A DNA stretch of 63,842 nt, counting the filler, from Octopus bimaculoides (taxonomy: Eukaryota): assembly GCF_001194135.2 (NCBI RefSeq). It is 4 parts of 4 records of this genome, joined end to end, with 100 filler letters (N's around TTAATTAATTAA, not from the genome) between each part and the next. Parts side by side here need not be neighbours in the genome. Positions count along the whole stretch, not along the records: positions 62,041 to 63,842 come from NC_068996.1; 3 more parts are not named here. One strand, given 5' to 3'. The position numbers and the translations under genes are program-made. The notes beneath the pieces were generated by a model, which saw only the letters and a program-made list of their open reading frames with translations, did not search any database and was not told the DNA's origin. This document shows positions 62,380 through 63,842 of the stretch, in pieces; within the stretch, counting starts at the first letter, position 1; every line of letters begins with the position of its first letter.

Positions 62380-62750
62380 AGAGGTACAATGGCGCAGTGG
62401 TTATGGCAGTGGACTCGCGGTCATAGGATCGCGGTTTTCGATTCCCTGACCGGGGCGTAATGAGTGTTTATTGAGCAAAAACCCTTAAAGCTCCACGAGG
62501 CTCCGGCAGGGGATGGTGGCGAACCCTGCTGTACTCTTTCACCACAACTTACTCCCTGTTTCTGTGGAGGCACAATGGCCTAGTGGTTAGGGCAGTGGAC
62601 TCGCGGACATAGGATCGCGGTTTTCGATTCTCAGACGGGGACGTTATGAGTGTTTATTGAGCGAAAACCCCTAAAGCTCCAGGAGGCTCCGGCAGGGGTT
62701 GGTGGCGAACACTGCTGCACTCTTTCACCACAACTTGCTCCCTGTTTCTG
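62380..62750 (+). mobile_element. Tandem duplication of the SINE group A 5' half (about 180-bp units)
   Basis: Two units, each with AATGGC-CAGTGGTT...GGACTCGCGG-CATAGGATCGCGG...CCCTGTTTCTG. Confidence 0.9.
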
Positions 62751-63842
62751 GCACCTTGGGCAAATGTCTTCTACTATAGTCTCGGGCTGACCAAAGCCTT
62801 GTGATTGGATTCGTTAGTCGGAAACTGATAGAAGCCCATCTTATATATATATATATATATATATATAGGTGTAGGAGTGGTTGTGTGTTAAGTAGTTTCC
62901 TTACGAACCACATGATTCCGGGTTCAGTCCCACTGTGTGGCACCTTGGGCAAGTGTCTTCTACTATAGCCCCGGTCCGACCAAAGCCTTGTGAGTGGATT
63001 TGGTAGACGGAAACTGAAAGAAGCCCATCTTATATATACATATATAGGTGTAGAAGTGGCTGTTTTGCCAACCACATGGTTTCCAGGTTCAGTCCCACTG
63101 CATGGCACCTTGGGCAAGTGTCTTCTACTATAGCCCCGAGCCGACCAAAACCTTGTGAGTGGATTTGGTAGACAGAAACTGAAAGAAGCTCATTTTATAT
63201 ATATATATAGGTGTAAGAGTGCTGTGTGTTAAGTAGCTTGTTTACGAACCACATGCTTCCGTGTTCAGTCCCACTGTGTGGCATCTTGGGCAGGTGTCTT
63301 CTAAAATAGCCGTCAATATTGTCCCCCTACCCCCGTTCCAACACACTTTCACCGCAAATTTCGGAATCTCCATAATAAATAATATCTGTATAGAAAATTT
63401 CATTAAAAAATATTCATTTTTCTCAAAGTTATGACCTTCCAAAGTCGATGGGGTACGATTCTGCCATTATCTGCAGGGTTTTGAAAGGGAGATAATACAT
63501 AAACGCTTGTTATTTTAAAGTCATGGCAAGAGTTACCTCCCCTGAGAGAGTGAATTATGTTTTTGAATTGAAAAATATAGTTTTGTACCCCACTGATTTT
63601 GCAAGGTCATAACTTTCAGAAAAAAAGCCTTGTGAGTGGGTTTGGTAGACGGAAACTGAAAGGAAGCCCATCGTATATATTTATATATATATATAGGTGC
63701 AGGAGTGGCTCTGTGTTAAGTAGCTTGCTTACCAACCACATGGTTCCGGAGTTCAGTCCCACTGCGTGGCACCTCGGGGCCGACGAAATCCTTTGAAGTA
63801 GATTTGGTGGATGGAAACTGAAAGAAGCCCCTCCTATATATA
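62751..63842 (+). repeat. Tandem array of about six SINE group C 5' halves separated by (TA)n, interrupted by a MITE-like insert
   Basis: Repeated ATAGGTGTAGGAGTGG...GGAAACTGAAAGAAGCCC(TA)n units; no 3' halves. Confidence 0.9.
63417..63624. mobile_element. MITE-like inverted repeat (arms about 40 bp)
   Basis: TCTCAAAGTTATGACCTTCCAAAGTCGATGGGGTAC versus GTACCCCACTGATTTTGCAAGGTCATAACTTTCAGA. Confidence 0.6.

Noticed and set aside
1-63842. Fanzor/TnpB, viral, bacterial or horizontally transferred ORFs
   Set aside because: No RuvC or zinc-finger, capsid, integrase or prokaryote-like ORF is recognisable in the called sequence. The gapped portions cannot be assessed.

Overview
Eukaryotic, AT-rich and repeat-dominated draft-assembly window with many N gaps. 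The tRNA-derived SINE families, dense (TA)n/(CA)n/(CT)n microsatellites and LINE types point to a coleoid cephalopod, most likely Octopus; this is inferred from recalled repeat families, not from a database search. No intact host gene can be established, only a few low-confidence + strand exon candidates. Recognisable mobile DNA: three SINE groups in dozens of copies, an internally deleted Tc1/mariner-superfamily element with TIRs, a mariner relic, a complete but degenerate FLYWCH-MULE transposon with TIRs and a 9-bp TSD, RTE, Dong/R4 and possible Tx1-like LINE fragments, and a Penelope-like element with an unusually long Asn-rich linker. Three identical 100-bp N44-TTAATTAATTAA-N44 spacers are artificial joins, so the window is four segments. 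The most interesting signals are RNA-structural: an apparently intact minimal type I hammerhead ribozyme (41403-41469), two more hammerhead motifs (110-192 and 52273-52307), a 384-bp foldback whose 19-nt centre is a hammerhead core remnant (14313-14696), and a four-copy two-hairpin array with compensatory changes in a retroelement 3' region (48263-48454). All coordinates were read by eye, and the ends of degenerate repeats are approximate.
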